From contig JBBTWF010000008.1 in the NCBI GenBank assembly GCA_038062875.1, positions 1-63,150 on the forward strand: a DNA stretch of 63,150 nucleotides. The letters are read 5' to 3'. Shown here piece after piece: positions 45,325-54,498 of the stretch. Every line of letters begins with the position of its first letter. Positions within the stretch are counted from its first letter, which is position 1. The DNA is from Patescibacteria group bacterium. GTDB taxonomy: Bacteria > Patescibacteriota > Minisyncoccia > UBA6257 > UBA9933. The notes beneath the pieces are model-generated. The model ran no database searches, was not told where the DNA came from, and saw only the letters and a program-made list of their open reading frames with translations. Made by a program: the position numbers and the translations under genes.

Positions 45325-45456
45325 CCGCTGTTCTGTGGGCGCTGTTTAAAACAATATTCCCCTAAAAAAGAAGATTAAGAGTTTTTTCGAGGAACAGCCC
45401 AGTCGGAACCAGATTGCCCATTGCTAAAAAAACTCCATTAACCCACAGAACAGCGG
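45325..45456. repeat. 132-nt element bounded by perfect 15-bp inverted repeats, downstream of pilB
   Basis: CCGCTGTTCTGTGGG (45325-45339) and CCCACAGAACAGCGG (45442-45456). Confidence 0.85.
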
Positions 45457-45541
45457 CTTCTTATAAAACACGCCGTTGTTTATTTACAAAAGGATACTAA
45501 CATAAAACAATTTCATTGTCAAGACCCACAATTTGCCTCTT

Positions 45542-46534
45542 ATGTCTAAAAAAATAAAAACAAAAATAAACAATAAAGAAGACCAATTTATAGATTTGAT
45601 GCTTAGGCCTCGCTCTTGGCAGGATTATATAGGGCAGGAGCGGGTGAAAAGGGGCCTAAAGGTCATTTTAACAGCCGCTAAGAAAAGAAACGAATCAAGC
45701 GACCATTTGTTATTCTACGGTCAGGCGGGGCTTGGCAAAACTACCCTGGCTAATTTGGTTGCCAAAGAAATGGGAGCCAATTTAAAAACGGTTTCCGGTC
45801 CGACCTTGGAAAAAGTCGGGGACATTGTATCCACTCTTTCTAATTTAGAAAGCGGGGACATTCTTTTTATTGACGAAGCGCATCGGCTTAATCGGACGAT
45901 TGAGGAAGCGCTTTACCCTGCGATGGAAACTCGGAAAATAAATATTATACTCGGTAAGGGCCCGGCAAGCCGGACGATTTGTCTGGATTTGCCTCCTTTT
46001 ACTTTGGTTGCCGCCACTACTCGGCCAAACCTTTTATCTTCTCCTTTGCGTTCCCGTTTCGGGGCTTCTTTCCGCCTTGATTATTACGAGATTAAAGATA
46101 TGGAGATTATTATCAAGCGTTCGGCTGAAATTTTAGGAATGGAAATTGATTCAGGGGCGATTTCGGTGATTGCCGAGGCATCGCGTTTTACGCCGAGAGT
46201 GGCAAACCGCTTACTTAAACGCAGTCGGGATTTCGCCGAAATAAATAATTCGAAACTTATTAATTCTGAAACCGCTTTTAAAACCTTAAATCTTTTGGAA
46301 ATTGACGAGATCGGGCTGGAAGCGGTTGACCGCCAACTTTTAGAAATTATTATTAAAAAATTCAAAGGAGGTCCGGTTGGAGTAGGCGCTTTAGCCGCGT
46401 CTCTGGGCGAGGACAAAGGAATAATAGAAGAGGTTTTTGAACCGTATTTAATGAGGATAGGAATGATTCAAAGGACGCAGGGAGGAAGGGTGGCGACAGA
46501 GAAGGCGTATAGGCATTTGAAGGTTTCTAATTAA
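45542..46534 (+). CDS. ruvB: Holliday junction branch migration ATPase RuvB
   Basis: Walker A GQAGLGKTTLA, Walker B FIDEAHRL, RuvB C-terminal winged helix. I prefer the ATG at 45542 to the TTG at 45533. Confidence 0.95.
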   Translation: MSKKIKTKINNKEDQFIDLMLRPRSWQDYIGQERVKRGLKVILTAAKKRNESSDHLLFYGQAGLGKTTLANLVAKEMGANLKTVSGPTLEKVGDIVSTLSNLESGDILFIDEAHRLNRTIEEALYPAMETRKINIILGKGPASRTICLDLPPFTLVAATTRPNLLSSPLRSRFGASFRLDYYEIKDMEIIIKRSAEILGMEIDSGAISVIAEASRFTPRVANRLLKRSRDFAEINNSKLINSETAFKTLNLLEIDEIGLEAVDRQLLEIIIKKFKGGPVGVGALAASLGEDKGIIEEVFEPYLMRIGMIQRTQGGRVATEKAYRHLKVSN

Positions 46535-46546
46535 AAATTAATTATT

Positions 46547-47050
46547 ATGGTAATTTCTGAATTTCTTCCAAATCCGGTTGGTAAAGACACCGAAGGCGAG
46601 TGGGTAAAATTATTCAATGATGGCAAAGAGGAAGTCAATCTTGGGCAATGGCATTTGAAAGACGCTTCAGGGAAAGTTTTTTATTTTAAAGACATAGATA
46701 TAAAACCCGGAGAATATTTATCGTTTGGTTATCAAACTACAAAGATTCCCTTAAACAATAATGACGAAACGTTGTTCCTTTTTGATAAAAATAATAATCT
46801 AATCGACCAACTCGGATTTTCAGGCGCTATTAACGAAGGCGAGGTTGTTAAAAAAGACAGAGGCTTGGCGGATATCGCGACCAATTCAATCCAAAATCAG
46901 AATTCCATCTCTCAAATAGTTAATTTATCCGATAAGTCCGCGTTTGGTTTAAATTTTTTATTAAGCGGATTGGCAATATGTCTGGTTTTGTCTTTTTTAG
47001 GTATAATACTTGTTAAGAAAATCAAAATTAACAAACAGGACAATGCCTAA
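46547..47050 (+). CDS. Lamin-tail-domain (LTD) protein with a C-terminal TM anchor
   Basis: EFLPNPVGKDTEGEWVKLFN...WHLKD is the LTD signature. One C-terminal TM helix. Confidence 0.8.
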   Translation: MVISEFLPNPVGKDTEGEWVKLFNDGKEEVNLGQWHLKDASGKVFYFKDIDIKPGEYLSFGYQTTKIPLNNNDETLFLFDKNNNLIDQLGFSGAINEGEVVKKDRGLADIATNSIQNQNSISQIVNLSDKSAFGLNFLLSGLAICLVLSFLGIILVKKIKINKQDNA

Positions 47051-47540
47051 ATTATTTTTTCAAATTTCTTTTTCGTCTAATCAAACCAAGAGAATCGCAA
47101 AATTTTTAGCCAGCCGGCTTTTTGAAAAGTGTTCTCATAAAAACGCTTTGGTCTTGGCTTTAATCGGTGATTTGGGCTCCGGCAAAACGACTTTTATCCA
47201 AGGATTCGCGCGGGCAATGGGCGTGAAAAAAAGAATCACCAGCCCGACTTTCGTAATCGTTAAAAGCTATAAATCTCGACGAGAAGTCGGGATCCCGACT
47301 AAGGCGTCGGGACTAAAAGCTAAAAGCTACCAAAAAATTTACCATCTTGATTGTTATAGAATAAAAAATCCGAAAGAAATTTTAGATTTAGAATTTAAAA
47401 AAATTGTCAGCAACCCAGAAAACGTCGTTTTAATAGAATGGGCGGATAAGATTAAAAAATTATTGCCCAAAAAGACGATTTGGCTCAATTTTAGCCATGG
47501 AGATAAAGATAGGGAAAGGATTATAAAAATCAAAATATGA
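47043..47540 (+). CDS. tsaE: tRNA threonylcarbamoyladenosine biosynthesis ATPase TsaE, with an in-frame palindrome-derived insertion
   Basis: P-loop GDLGSGKTTF, SPTF, YHLDCYR, IEWADK. Confidence 0.88.
   Translation: MPKLFFQISFSSNQTKRIAKFLASRLFEKCSHKNALVLALIGDLGSGKTTFIQGFARAMGVKKRITSPTFVIVKSYKSRREVGIPTKASGLKAKSYQKIYHLDCYRIKNPKEILDLEFKKIVSNPENVVLIEWADKIKKLLPKKTIWLNFSHGDKDRERIIKIKI
47285..47300. repeat. Perfect 16-nt palindrome AGTCGGGATCCCGACT inside tsaE
   Basis: Read directly. It lies in the extra segment SRREVGIPTKASGLKAKSYQK between the conserved SPTF and YHLD blocks. Confidence 0.9.
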
Positions 47541-48412
47541 AAACTTTATTACTTATTGACGCCAACGCCTTAATACATCGTTGTTTTCACGCTTTGCCGC
47601 CGTTCACGAATAAAAGCGGAAAGCCAACCGGCGCGCTTTACGGATTGGCAAGTATTTTAATAAGAATTTTTAGAGAACAAAGATTTGATTTTATGGTCGC
47701 TTTTTTTGATAGACCAGAACCGACTTTTAGAAAAGAGGCGTTTGACGATTATAAGGCGCATCGGCCAAAAGCGCCTGACGAATTGGTCTCGCAAATAATA
47801 GAAGCCCATAGATTATTCGAAAGTTTTCATATAAAAACATTTGAAATCCCGGGGCTTGAAGCTGACGATTTAATCGGAACTGCCGCGGAAAAATTAAAAA
47901 AATTACCCGATTTGAGAATTATTATTTTAACAGGCGACTTGGATACTCTCCAGCTGGTCGAGGACGATAATGACAAGGTTTTGGTTGAGACCCTTAAAAA
48001 AGGCGTAAGCGAGACGATTATTTACAATGAAGCTGCCATCAAAGAGCGTTACGGAATCAAGCCGAGCCAGCTTCCGGATTATAAGGGATTAGTTGGTGAT
48101 GCCTCGGACAATATTCCGGGAGTGCCCGGGATTGGTCCCAAAACCGCGACTCTACTGATTAATAAATATAATAATTTGGAAAATCTTTTAGAAAAAGGCG
48201 GCAGAGAAAAATCCTATAAAAAAATTTTTGAGTTTCAGGACCAGGCGTTACTTTCGCGGAATTTATCGGTTATTAGGCGCGACGCGCCGCTGGATTTAAA
48301 TATAGACGATTTAAAGTATTTGGGCTTGCCAAAAAACGAAGTAATTTCGTATTTTGGAGAGCTGGGCTTTAAGAGTTTAATTGATAGAATTAACGGGGCG
48401 AATATGGCATAA
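47537..48412 (+). CDS. 5-prime to 3-prime exonuclease (stand-alone Pol I N-terminal/FEN domain)
   Basis: LLIDANALIHRCFHA, acidic metal-binding clusters, and the H3TH motif GDASDNIPGVPGIGPKTA. Confidence 0.92.
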   Translation: MKTLLLIDANALIHRCFHALPPFTNKSGKPTGALYGLASILIRIFREQRFDFMVAFFDRPEPTFRKEAFDDYKAHRPKAPDELVSQIIEAHRLFESFHIKTFEIPGLEADDLIGTAAEKLKKLPDLRIIILTGDLDTLQLVEDDNDKVLVETLKKGVSETIIYNEAAIKERYGIKPSQLPDYKGLVGDASDNIPGVPGIGPKTATLLINKYNNLENLLEKGGREKSYKKIFEFQDQALLSRNLSVIRRDAPLDLNIDDLKYLGLPKNEVISYFGELGFKSLIDRINGANMA

Positions 48413-48419
48413 TTAAAAA

Positions 48420-49757
48420 ATGGGGTTTTTTCAGCGCCAATTCAAAAAATTCTTTTTATACGCCGGCTTGCCGGAAATGAAGTTGTTTTGGTTATTTTTA
48501 CCGTTGGTTTTGATAATTCTCGGCATTAATTTCCGTTATTTGCCACAATCTTGGTTTTTGATAACAGCCGTCGTCTTTTTTGTTTTGGCAACTATTATCT
48601 TTGTCGGCAATCTCCGTTTGGCGCGGTCAAATCTGGATATCAAACTTGAACGTAACGAATTGACGGGAATTGTTTCCAACTTAAACATCGGCGTTATCGC
48701 TTACGACCCGAATTTTAGAATTTTAATTTTTAATCGGGCAGCCGAAGGGATTTTTAGCATTAAGGGGGAAGAGATTATTGGTAAGGTATTTGATTTAGAA
48801 AAAGCCAAAGGTCCTCGTTTTAGATTATTAGCCCAGATAATTTATCCTTCCTTAGCTCCTTTAGTGGTTAGGCGTTCAGACGCCGGCGCTTATCCTCAAA
48901 TATCTGATTTTTCTTTTGAAGAGCCGAAAGCGGAATTAAGAGTAACCACTAATAAAATTATTGATTCGGCCGACCATTTGTTGGGCTTTGTGAAATTGGT
49001 TCATGACAGGACTCGGGAGATTGAGATTCTGCGTTCAAAAAGCGAATTTATAACCGTGGCGGCTCATCAACTAAGAACCCCTTCAACCGCGGTTCAATGG
49101 GCGCTGGATTCTTTATCTAAGGAATCTTTAGCGCCGAGCCAAAAAGAGCTGGTGGATACCGGTTTGGGAGCGGCTACTAATCTTTTAAAGACAATCAACG
49201 ACTTATTAGATGTCTCTAAAATAGAGGAAGGAAGGTCTGGTTATCAGTTCGAGAATGTTAATATTGTAAGTTTCCTTGAGGAGATTCTCGGCGAGTTGAT
49301 GTTGTTGGCGAAACAAACTGGTATTAAGCTGTATTTTCAAAAACCGGCCGAATCGTCAATTGTTGTTTCTGTTGACCAGCAAAAATTAAAAATGGTTTTA
49401 TTTAATCTTGTAGATAATGCCATTAAATATAACGTGCCTAACGGCGAAGTGACTGTCGGTCTTGAGCGCGTTAATGGTCAACCATATATTCAAATAAGCG
49501 TAAAAGATACCGGCATTGGCGTGTCGCCTGCCCAAATTAATAAATTATTTACTAAATTTTTCCGGGCTGAAAACGCCGTCAAAGCTGTTCCGGGCGGATT
49601 GGGGCTGGGACTTTATATTATTAGAAATATTGTTAAGCGCCACGGCGGAGAAATTAGAGCGGAATCTGAATTAAACCGCGGCACCACTTTTTATTTCACT
49701 ATTCCAACTGACCCGAAACTGATTCCGCCGAAGGAAATAGTGTATGGGGAGGAGTAA
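48420..49757 (+). CDS. Sensor histidine kinase (2 TM, PAS-like, HisKA, HATPase_c); no adjacent response regulator
   Basis: H-box AAHQLRTP, N-box DNAIKYN, G-boxes DTGIGV and GGLGLGL. Confidence 0.9.
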   Translation: MGFFQRQFKKFFLYAGLPEMKLFWLFLPLVLIILGINFRYLPQSWFLITAVVFFVLATIIFVGNLRLARSNLDIKLERNELTGIVSNLNIGVIAYDPNFRILIFNRAAEGIFSIKGEEIIGKVFDLEKAKGPRFRLLAQIIYPSLAPLVVRRSDAGAYPQISDFSFEEPKAELRVTTNKIIDSADHLLGFVKLVHDRTREIEILRSKSEFITVAAHQLRTPSTAVQWALDSLSKESLAPSQKELVDTGLGAATNLLKTINDLLDVSKIEEGRSGYQFENVNIVSFLEEILGELMLLAKQTGIKLYFQKPAESSIVVSVDQQKLKMVLFNLVDNAIKYNVPNGEVTVGLERVNGQPYIQISVKDTGIGVSPAQINKLFTKFFRAENAVKAVPGGLGLGLYIIRNIVKRHGGEIRAESELNRGTTFYFTIPTDPKLIPPKEIVYGEE

Positions 49758-49779
49758 TTAGCCGTTAATTATTAAATTT

Positions 49780-51405
49780 ATGCGTAAATATATTTTCATC
49801 GTCGGTGGCGTGATGTCCGGAGTTGGAAAAGGCGTTGCCGCGGCTTCAATCGGAAAAATTATCCAGTCGCGGGGGTTTGAGGTGACGGCAATTAAAATCG
49901 ACCCCTATATCAACGTTGACGCCGGCACAATGAACCCAACCGAGCACGGCGAAGTGTTTGTTTTGGATGACGGAATGGAATGCGACCAAGATATGGGAAA
50001 TTACGAACGATTTTTGGACAGGGATTTATCAGGCGCTAACTATATGACTACCGGTAGCGTTTACCAAGCGGTGATTGAACGGGAGAGGGGGTTGGGTTAT
50101 GCCGGCAAATGCGTTGAAGTCGTTCCTCATATTCCCTTGGAGGTTTTAAACAGGATTGATAAAGCGGCGACTAAAAATAAGGCTGATTTTGTAATCGTTG
50201 AAATCGGAGGCACGGTCGGCGAATATCAAAATATTTTATTTTTAGAAGCAATTAGGATGTTAAAAATTAAAAAGCCGCAAGATGTTCTTCTATGCTTGGT
50301 AAGTTATTTACCGCTTCAAAGCGAGGGAGAATTAAAAACCAAACCGACCCAATACGCGGTTCGTACTTTGAATTCAGCTGGTCTTCAGCCGGACATAATC
50401 ATCGCGCGCGCGAAAGTCCCTTTAGATAAAAAACGCAAAGAGAAGATCGCTTTTAATTGCAATATTAACGAGTCCGATGTTATTTCCGCGCCAAACATTG
50501 AGAGTATTTATGAGGTACCGGTAAATTTTGAGAAAGACAAAATAAGCGAACTTATTTTAAATAAATTAAAACTTAAACCGCGGAGTCGCGATATGCGGCG
50601 TTGGCAGAAATTGGTTAAGAATATCCACTTTTCTAAAAAACCGGTAAAAATAGGGATTGTTGGCAAATATTTCAGCGCCGGAGAATTTATTCTAGCGGAT
50701 TCTTATATTTCGGTGATCGAGGCCGTTAAGCAAGCGTCTTATTTTTTCAATAAAAAACCTATAATTTCATGGCTTAATGCCGAGGCCTACGAAAAGACAT
50801 CGAGCCGTCTTTCGGAATTGGACGAATATCATGGCATTATCGTGCCCGGCGGATTCGGAAGCCGCGGCACAGAAGGAAAAATATCTGTTATCCGTTATTG
50901 TCGTGAGAATAAAATTCCGATTTTTGGGCTTTGTTATGGAATGCAATTAGCCGTTATTGAATTCGCTCGTTCAGTCGGAAAAATGAAAAAAGCCAATACC
51001 ACAGAAGTTAACTCCGAGACGCCGTACCCTGTAATTGATATCCTACCTGAACAGAAAAAAAATCTATCCGAGCAGAATTATGGCGGCACCATGCGTTTGG
51101 GCGCTTATCCGGCAATCATCAAAAAAGGAACAATCGCTTATCAGGCGTATAAGCAACACTTAATTTCCGAACGCCACCGCCATCGTTACGAAGTTAATCC
51201 CCAATACATTGAACGGCTGGAAAAGAAAGGATTGATTTTTTCTGGTTTTTCTCCGGATAAACGGCTTATGGAAATTTTGGAATTGCCGCGAGAGAAGCAT
51301 CCCTTTTTCGTCGCCACCCAATTTCATCCAGAATTTAAGTCCCGGCCATTGAATCCACATCCGTTGTTTATGGAATTTATTAAAGCGACCATAAAATACA
51401 AATGA
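49780..51405 (+). CDS. pyrG: CTP synthase
   Basis: N-terminal GGVMSGVGKG, GATase domain GLCYGMQ, HRHRYEVN. Confidence 0.96.
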   Translation: MRKYIFIVGGVMSGVGKGVAAASIGKIIQSRGFEVTAIKIDPYINVDAGTMNPTEHGEVFVLDDGMECDQDMGNYERFLDRDLSGANYMTTGSVYQAVIERERGLGYAGKCVEVVPHIPLEVLNRIDKAATKNKADFVIVEIGGTVGEYQNILFLEAIRMLKIKKPQDVLLCLVSYLPLQSEGELKTKPTQYAVRTLNSAGLQPDIIIARAKVPLDKKRKEKIAFNCNINESDVISAPNIESIYEVPVNFEKDKISELILNKLKLKPRSRDMRRWQKLVKNIHFSKKPVKIGIVGKYFSAGEFILADSYISVIEAVKQASYFFNKKPIISWLNAEAYEKTSSRLSELDEYHGIIVPGGFGSRGTEGKISVIRYCRENKIPIFGLCYGMQLAVIEFARSVGKMKKANTTEVNSETPYPVIDILPEQKKNLSEQNYGGTMRLGAYPAIIKKGTIAYQAYKQHLISERHRHRYEVNPQYIERLEKKGLIFSGFSPDKRLMEILELPREKHPFFVATQFHPEFKSRPLNPHPLFMEFIKATIKYK

Positions 51406-52268
51406 TAATTTTTCTTTACGGGCCCGATTCCTATCGGCGCCAAAAAAAAGTAAAAGAGCTAGTTGATGATTATCGCCGCAAAGACGCGGCTTTTGATTTG
51501 GAGTATTTTGATTTTTCTTCTCAAAATCAAAACGGAGAAAATTTAAGCGAATTTTTGCGATTAAGAGAATTCGTCGCCACGCAGTCGCTTTTCAGGAAAA
51601 ATAAATTCGGAGTCGCGGAAAACGTCTTTTTCAAAATAAGCGCTTATTCTATTTCCCGACGCAAAGAACTGAAAAATTTTCTTAAAGCGCAAATGTCTCC
51701 GCAGGACCTGGTTTTAATTATTTCCGAAGACGGCAAACCGCTGGCTGATTTTAATTTTTTGATTGACGAAAAAGCGCCGTCTACCGAACTTAAATTTCAG
51801 GAATTTGAAAACCCAAAAGGCGCTCAATTAGAGCATTTTATCAGAAAAGAGGCGAAAGAACGCGGCGTTAATTTTACTCCAAGGGCGATTGGTTTTTTAG
51901 CGGAGAGTTTTAACAACGACAGCTGGGGATTAATTAACGAATTAAATAAATTATCTTTTATTAAATCAGAATCAGTCGATGTGGATAAAATTAAAGAAAT
52001 CAGCGATTATATTGAACCGCCGACCGATGGGGGGAAAATTTATTATTCTATAATGGACATTGTTGGTAATCGTTCGTTGTCGCAAAAATTAAGGGATTTG
52101 GAGATTTTATTCTGTCGTCAGGAAGAACCCGCGAAAATTTTTAATATTTTAGCTAGTCAGGTTGCGTCGTTGGAATTGGCGCAAAAATTGGCTGACTACG
52201 ACCCATTAATAAAATTCGGCCGAATTGATTACGAGGAGGCGTTGCTCGACTTAGTAATTAGCCACTAG
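51402..52268 (+). CDS. holA: DNA polymerase III delta subunit-like protein
   Basis: Size, the N-terminus IIFLYGPDSY and delta-like helical C-domains. The last two codons and the stop lie in the TAGCCAC element. Confidence 0.65.
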   Translation: MIIFLYGPDSYRRQKKVKELVDDYRRKDAAFDLEYFDFSSQNQNGENLSEFLRLREFVATQSLFRKNKFGVAENVFFKISAYSISRRKELKNFLKAQMSPQDLVLIISEDGKPLADFNFLIDEKAPSTELKFQEFENPKGAQLEHFIRKEAKERGVNFTPRAIGFLAESFNNDSWGLINELNKLSFIKSESVDVDKIKEISDYIEPPTDGGKIYYSIMDIVGNRSLSQKLRDLEILFCRQEEPAKIFNILASQVASLELAQKLADYDPLIKFGRIDYEEALLDLVISH

Positions 52269-52282
52269 CCACTAGTGGCTAA
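52258..52282. repeat. TTAGCCACTAGCCACTAGTGGCTAA: TAGCCAC heptamer x2.4 merged with a 16-nt palindrome; supplies the stops of convergent holA and rpsT
   Basis: The holA TAG is at 52266-52268 and the rpsT TAG is the complement of 52272-52274. The palindrome TAGCCACTAGTGGCTA spans 52266-52281. Confidence 0.93.
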
Positions 52283-52526
52283 GTTTTTTAGCCAATCTTG
52301 ATTTCATTCTGTTGGCTGTATTTTTTTTAATAAGATTCGTTTTCGCCGATTTATCAAGTTTTTTATAGACCAAAGATAATTGTTTTTTTGCTTCTTCCGG
52401 GTTGCTTTCCAGCAGTTTTTTGTATTGCTTAATAACCGATTTTAATTCAGTTTTTCTTTTGATATTTTTCTGGCGGCGTCTGATATTCTGACGCAGCGCT
52501 TTTTTCGCGGATTTTGTAATAGGCAT
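52272..52526 (-). CDS. rpsT: 30S ribosomal protein S20
   Basis: 84-aa basic helical protein with the S20-like KSAKKALRQNIRR N-terminus. Confidence 0.9.
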   Translation of the reverse strand: MPITKSAKKALRQNIRRRQKNIKRKTELKSVIKQYKKLLESNPEEAKKQLSLVYKKLDKSAKTNLIKKNTANRMKSRLAKKLSH

Positions 52527-52530
52527 AACA

Positions 52531-52642
52531 AATAGAATTTAGGATATAGAATTTAGAATATAGGATACGGCTTTTAATGTCAATGATTTTGGAATATAAT
52601 AACTATCACGTCCCTAAATTCTAAATCCTATATTCTATATTC
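52531..52642. repeat. Two inverted blocks of the TAGAATTTAGG family flanking the rpsT/ruvA divergent promoter region
   Basis: Left block 52531-52567, right block 52611-52642. The perfect 13-bp complement is TAGAATATAGGAT (52554-52566) with ATCCTATATTCTA (52625-52637). A TATAAT lies at 52595-52600 between them. Confidence 0.88.
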
Positions 52643-52649
52643 TTAATTT

Positions 52650-53228
52650 ATGATTCATTCTCTTTCCGGAAAATTAATCGTCAAAAAAAGCGCTTTCGCG
52701 GTTGTTGAGGCGAACGGCATCGGTTTTAAGGTTTTTATTTCGCCTAAGACATTTAAGGCCTTACCAAAGATTAATTCGCGGTTAAGGGTTTTTTGTTCTT
52801 TTCACGTTAAACAGGACGGAGCGGAATTATTCGGCTTTTTAAAAGAAGACGAATTGGAGTTTTTTGAAATGCTTAATTCAATCACCGGAGTCGGCCCGAG
52901 AACCGCTTTAAAAATAACCGGCATAGCGGATATTGATAAATTATTGACCGCCGTTAATCAACAACGAGCGGACCTCTTAATCAAAACCTCGGGAATCGGC
53001 AAAAAAACAGCTAATCGGATTATTTTGGAACTCTCCGACAGGATTAAAAGCAAAAAAGACGAAGAATTGATTTCGTTAATGGAATCAGACGGGGATATTG
53101 AAGATGCGTTAAAAGGTCTTGGTTATAGACAGCGCGAAATTCTGGAAGCGCTCAAAAAAATTCCTTCAAAACTCACGAAAACCGAAGAGCGATTGAAAAC
53201 GGCGCTAAAGTTTTTAGGCAAAAGATAA
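52650..53228 (+). CDS. ruvA: Holliday junction DNA helicase subunit RuvA
   Basis: OB-fold N-terminus (GKLIVKKSAFAVVEANGIGFKV) and two HhH motifs (GVGPRTALKI, GIGKKTANRI). Confidence 0.92.
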   Translation: MIHSLSGKLIVKKSAFAVVEANGIGFKVFISPKTFKALPKINSRLRVFCSFHVKQDGAELFGFLKEDELEFFEMLNSITGVGPRTALKITGIADIDKLLTAVNQQRADLLIKTSGIGKKTANRIILELSDRIKSKKDEELISLMESDGDIEDALKGLGYRQREILEALKKIPSKLTKTEERLKTALKFLGKR

Positions 53229-53237
53229 AATTTAAAT

Positions 53238-54491
53238 ATGAATACTTTTTTTCGATTTCCATTTATCGGTCTAATTGTTTTTTTTGCTTTTCTCTTTTCT
53301 CTTTTCTTTCATCACTTGTCTTTTGCTGCCGATCCTCAGGAATTAAAAAATTCCATTGAGCAGAAATCTTTAGAACTCAAAGAAATCAACACTAAAATTC
53401 AAGAAACCCAAAAAGGGCTTGAAGAAACCCAAGAGGAGGGTCAAACATTAAAAAAGGAAATCGGAAAAATCGGCAGTCAGCTTAACCAGCTTAATTTGGG
53501 TATTCGTTCAAGCGAGGTGACAATCAGTAAATTAGGATTGGAAGTGGAATCGCTTCAATACGACATTGTCGACACGGAGAAACAAATCTCCGTCAATAAG
53601 GAAGCCATTGCCGAGATTTTACGGCAACTTCAACAAAAAGAAGGAGAAACCGCTTTGGTTATTTTTCTTAAAAATAAAAGCTTGGCTGACAGCGCTTTTG
53701 AGGTTCAAGGTCTATCTGATCTTAACGCTAAATTATCCGTTGAAATCACTGATTTGAGGGGTTCAAAGACAAAATTAGCCGGCGCCTTAGATGAGACAGC
53801 CGATAAAAAACATTCCGTGGAAATAGAAAGTTTTAATCTTAAAAATAAAAAAGGTATAGTTGAAGATGTTAAAAAAGAAAAACAAGTAGTTTTGGACGAA
53901 ACCAAAAATAAAGAAAGCAATTATCAGAAGATTCTCAGCGACTTGGAAAAAAAACAGAACGTTATTAGTGATGGAATTGAAGAGTTGGAAGACGCGCTTC
54001 GGCGTTCATTTGACCCGACGCTTCTACCATTAAAGCGCCCGGGTGTTTTAATTTGGCCGATTCTTAACCCAAGAATCACGCAAAATTTTGGCGAAATTTC
54101 CCGACTCTATCGTGGCAAACCACATAACGGCATGGATTTCGGCGTTTCCATCGGCACGCCTATTTTTGCCGCTGACGACGGTGAAGTGATGGCAACAGGT
54201 AACAACGGTCGTTTCCAGTACGGAAAATACGTGCTTATCAAGCATAATAATAATTTAGCCACTTTATATGCCCATCTTTCTCTTAATTCCGTGGTTAAAA
54301 AAGGAGATGTCGTTAAACGTGGACAAATAATAGGATATTCCGGCAATACCGGATACGCCATTGGTCGCGGGCATCTTCATTTCGGCCTTTATTGGGAACC
54401 AAGCATTCAACTTCAATCACTTCCGAATTGTAATTGTGGGCTTGTGCCGATTGGCGTAACCGTTAACCCTAGAGATTATCTTCCATTGTAA
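53238..54491 (+). CDS. Coiled-coil plus M23 (LytM) family metallopeptidase (EnvC-like architecture)
   Basis: Signal or anchor, a long coiled-coil, and the M23 motifs HNGMDF and GNTGYAIGRGHLHF. Confidence 0.88.
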   Translation: MNTFFRFPFIGLIVFFAFLFSLFFHHLSFAADPQELKNSIEQKSLELKEINTKIQETQKGLEETQEEGQTLKKEIGKIGSQLNQLNLGIRSSEVTISKLGLEVESLQYDIVDTEKQISVNKEAIAEILRQLQQKEGETALVIFLKNKSLADSAFEVQGLSDLNAKLSVEITDLRGSKTKLAGALDETADKKHSVEIESFNLKNKKGIVEDVKKEKQVVLDETKNKESNYQKILSDLEKKQNVISDGIEELEDALRRSFDPTLLPLKRPGVLIWPILNPRITQNFGEISRLYRGKPHNGMDFGVSIGTPIFAADDGEVMATGNNGRFQYGKYVLIKHNNNLATLYAHLSLNSVVKKGDVVKRGQIIGYSGNTGYAIGRGHLHFGLYWEPSIQLQSLPNCNCGLVPIGVTVNPRDYLPL

Positions 54492-54498
54492 AAACGTT

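Noticed and set aside
52797-52812. parS-like site CTTTTCACGTTAAACA inside ruvA
   Set aside because: It matches only 13 of 16 positions of the TGTTNCACGTGAAACA consensus, and the central palindrome is broken. That is insufficient without a genome-wide comparison.
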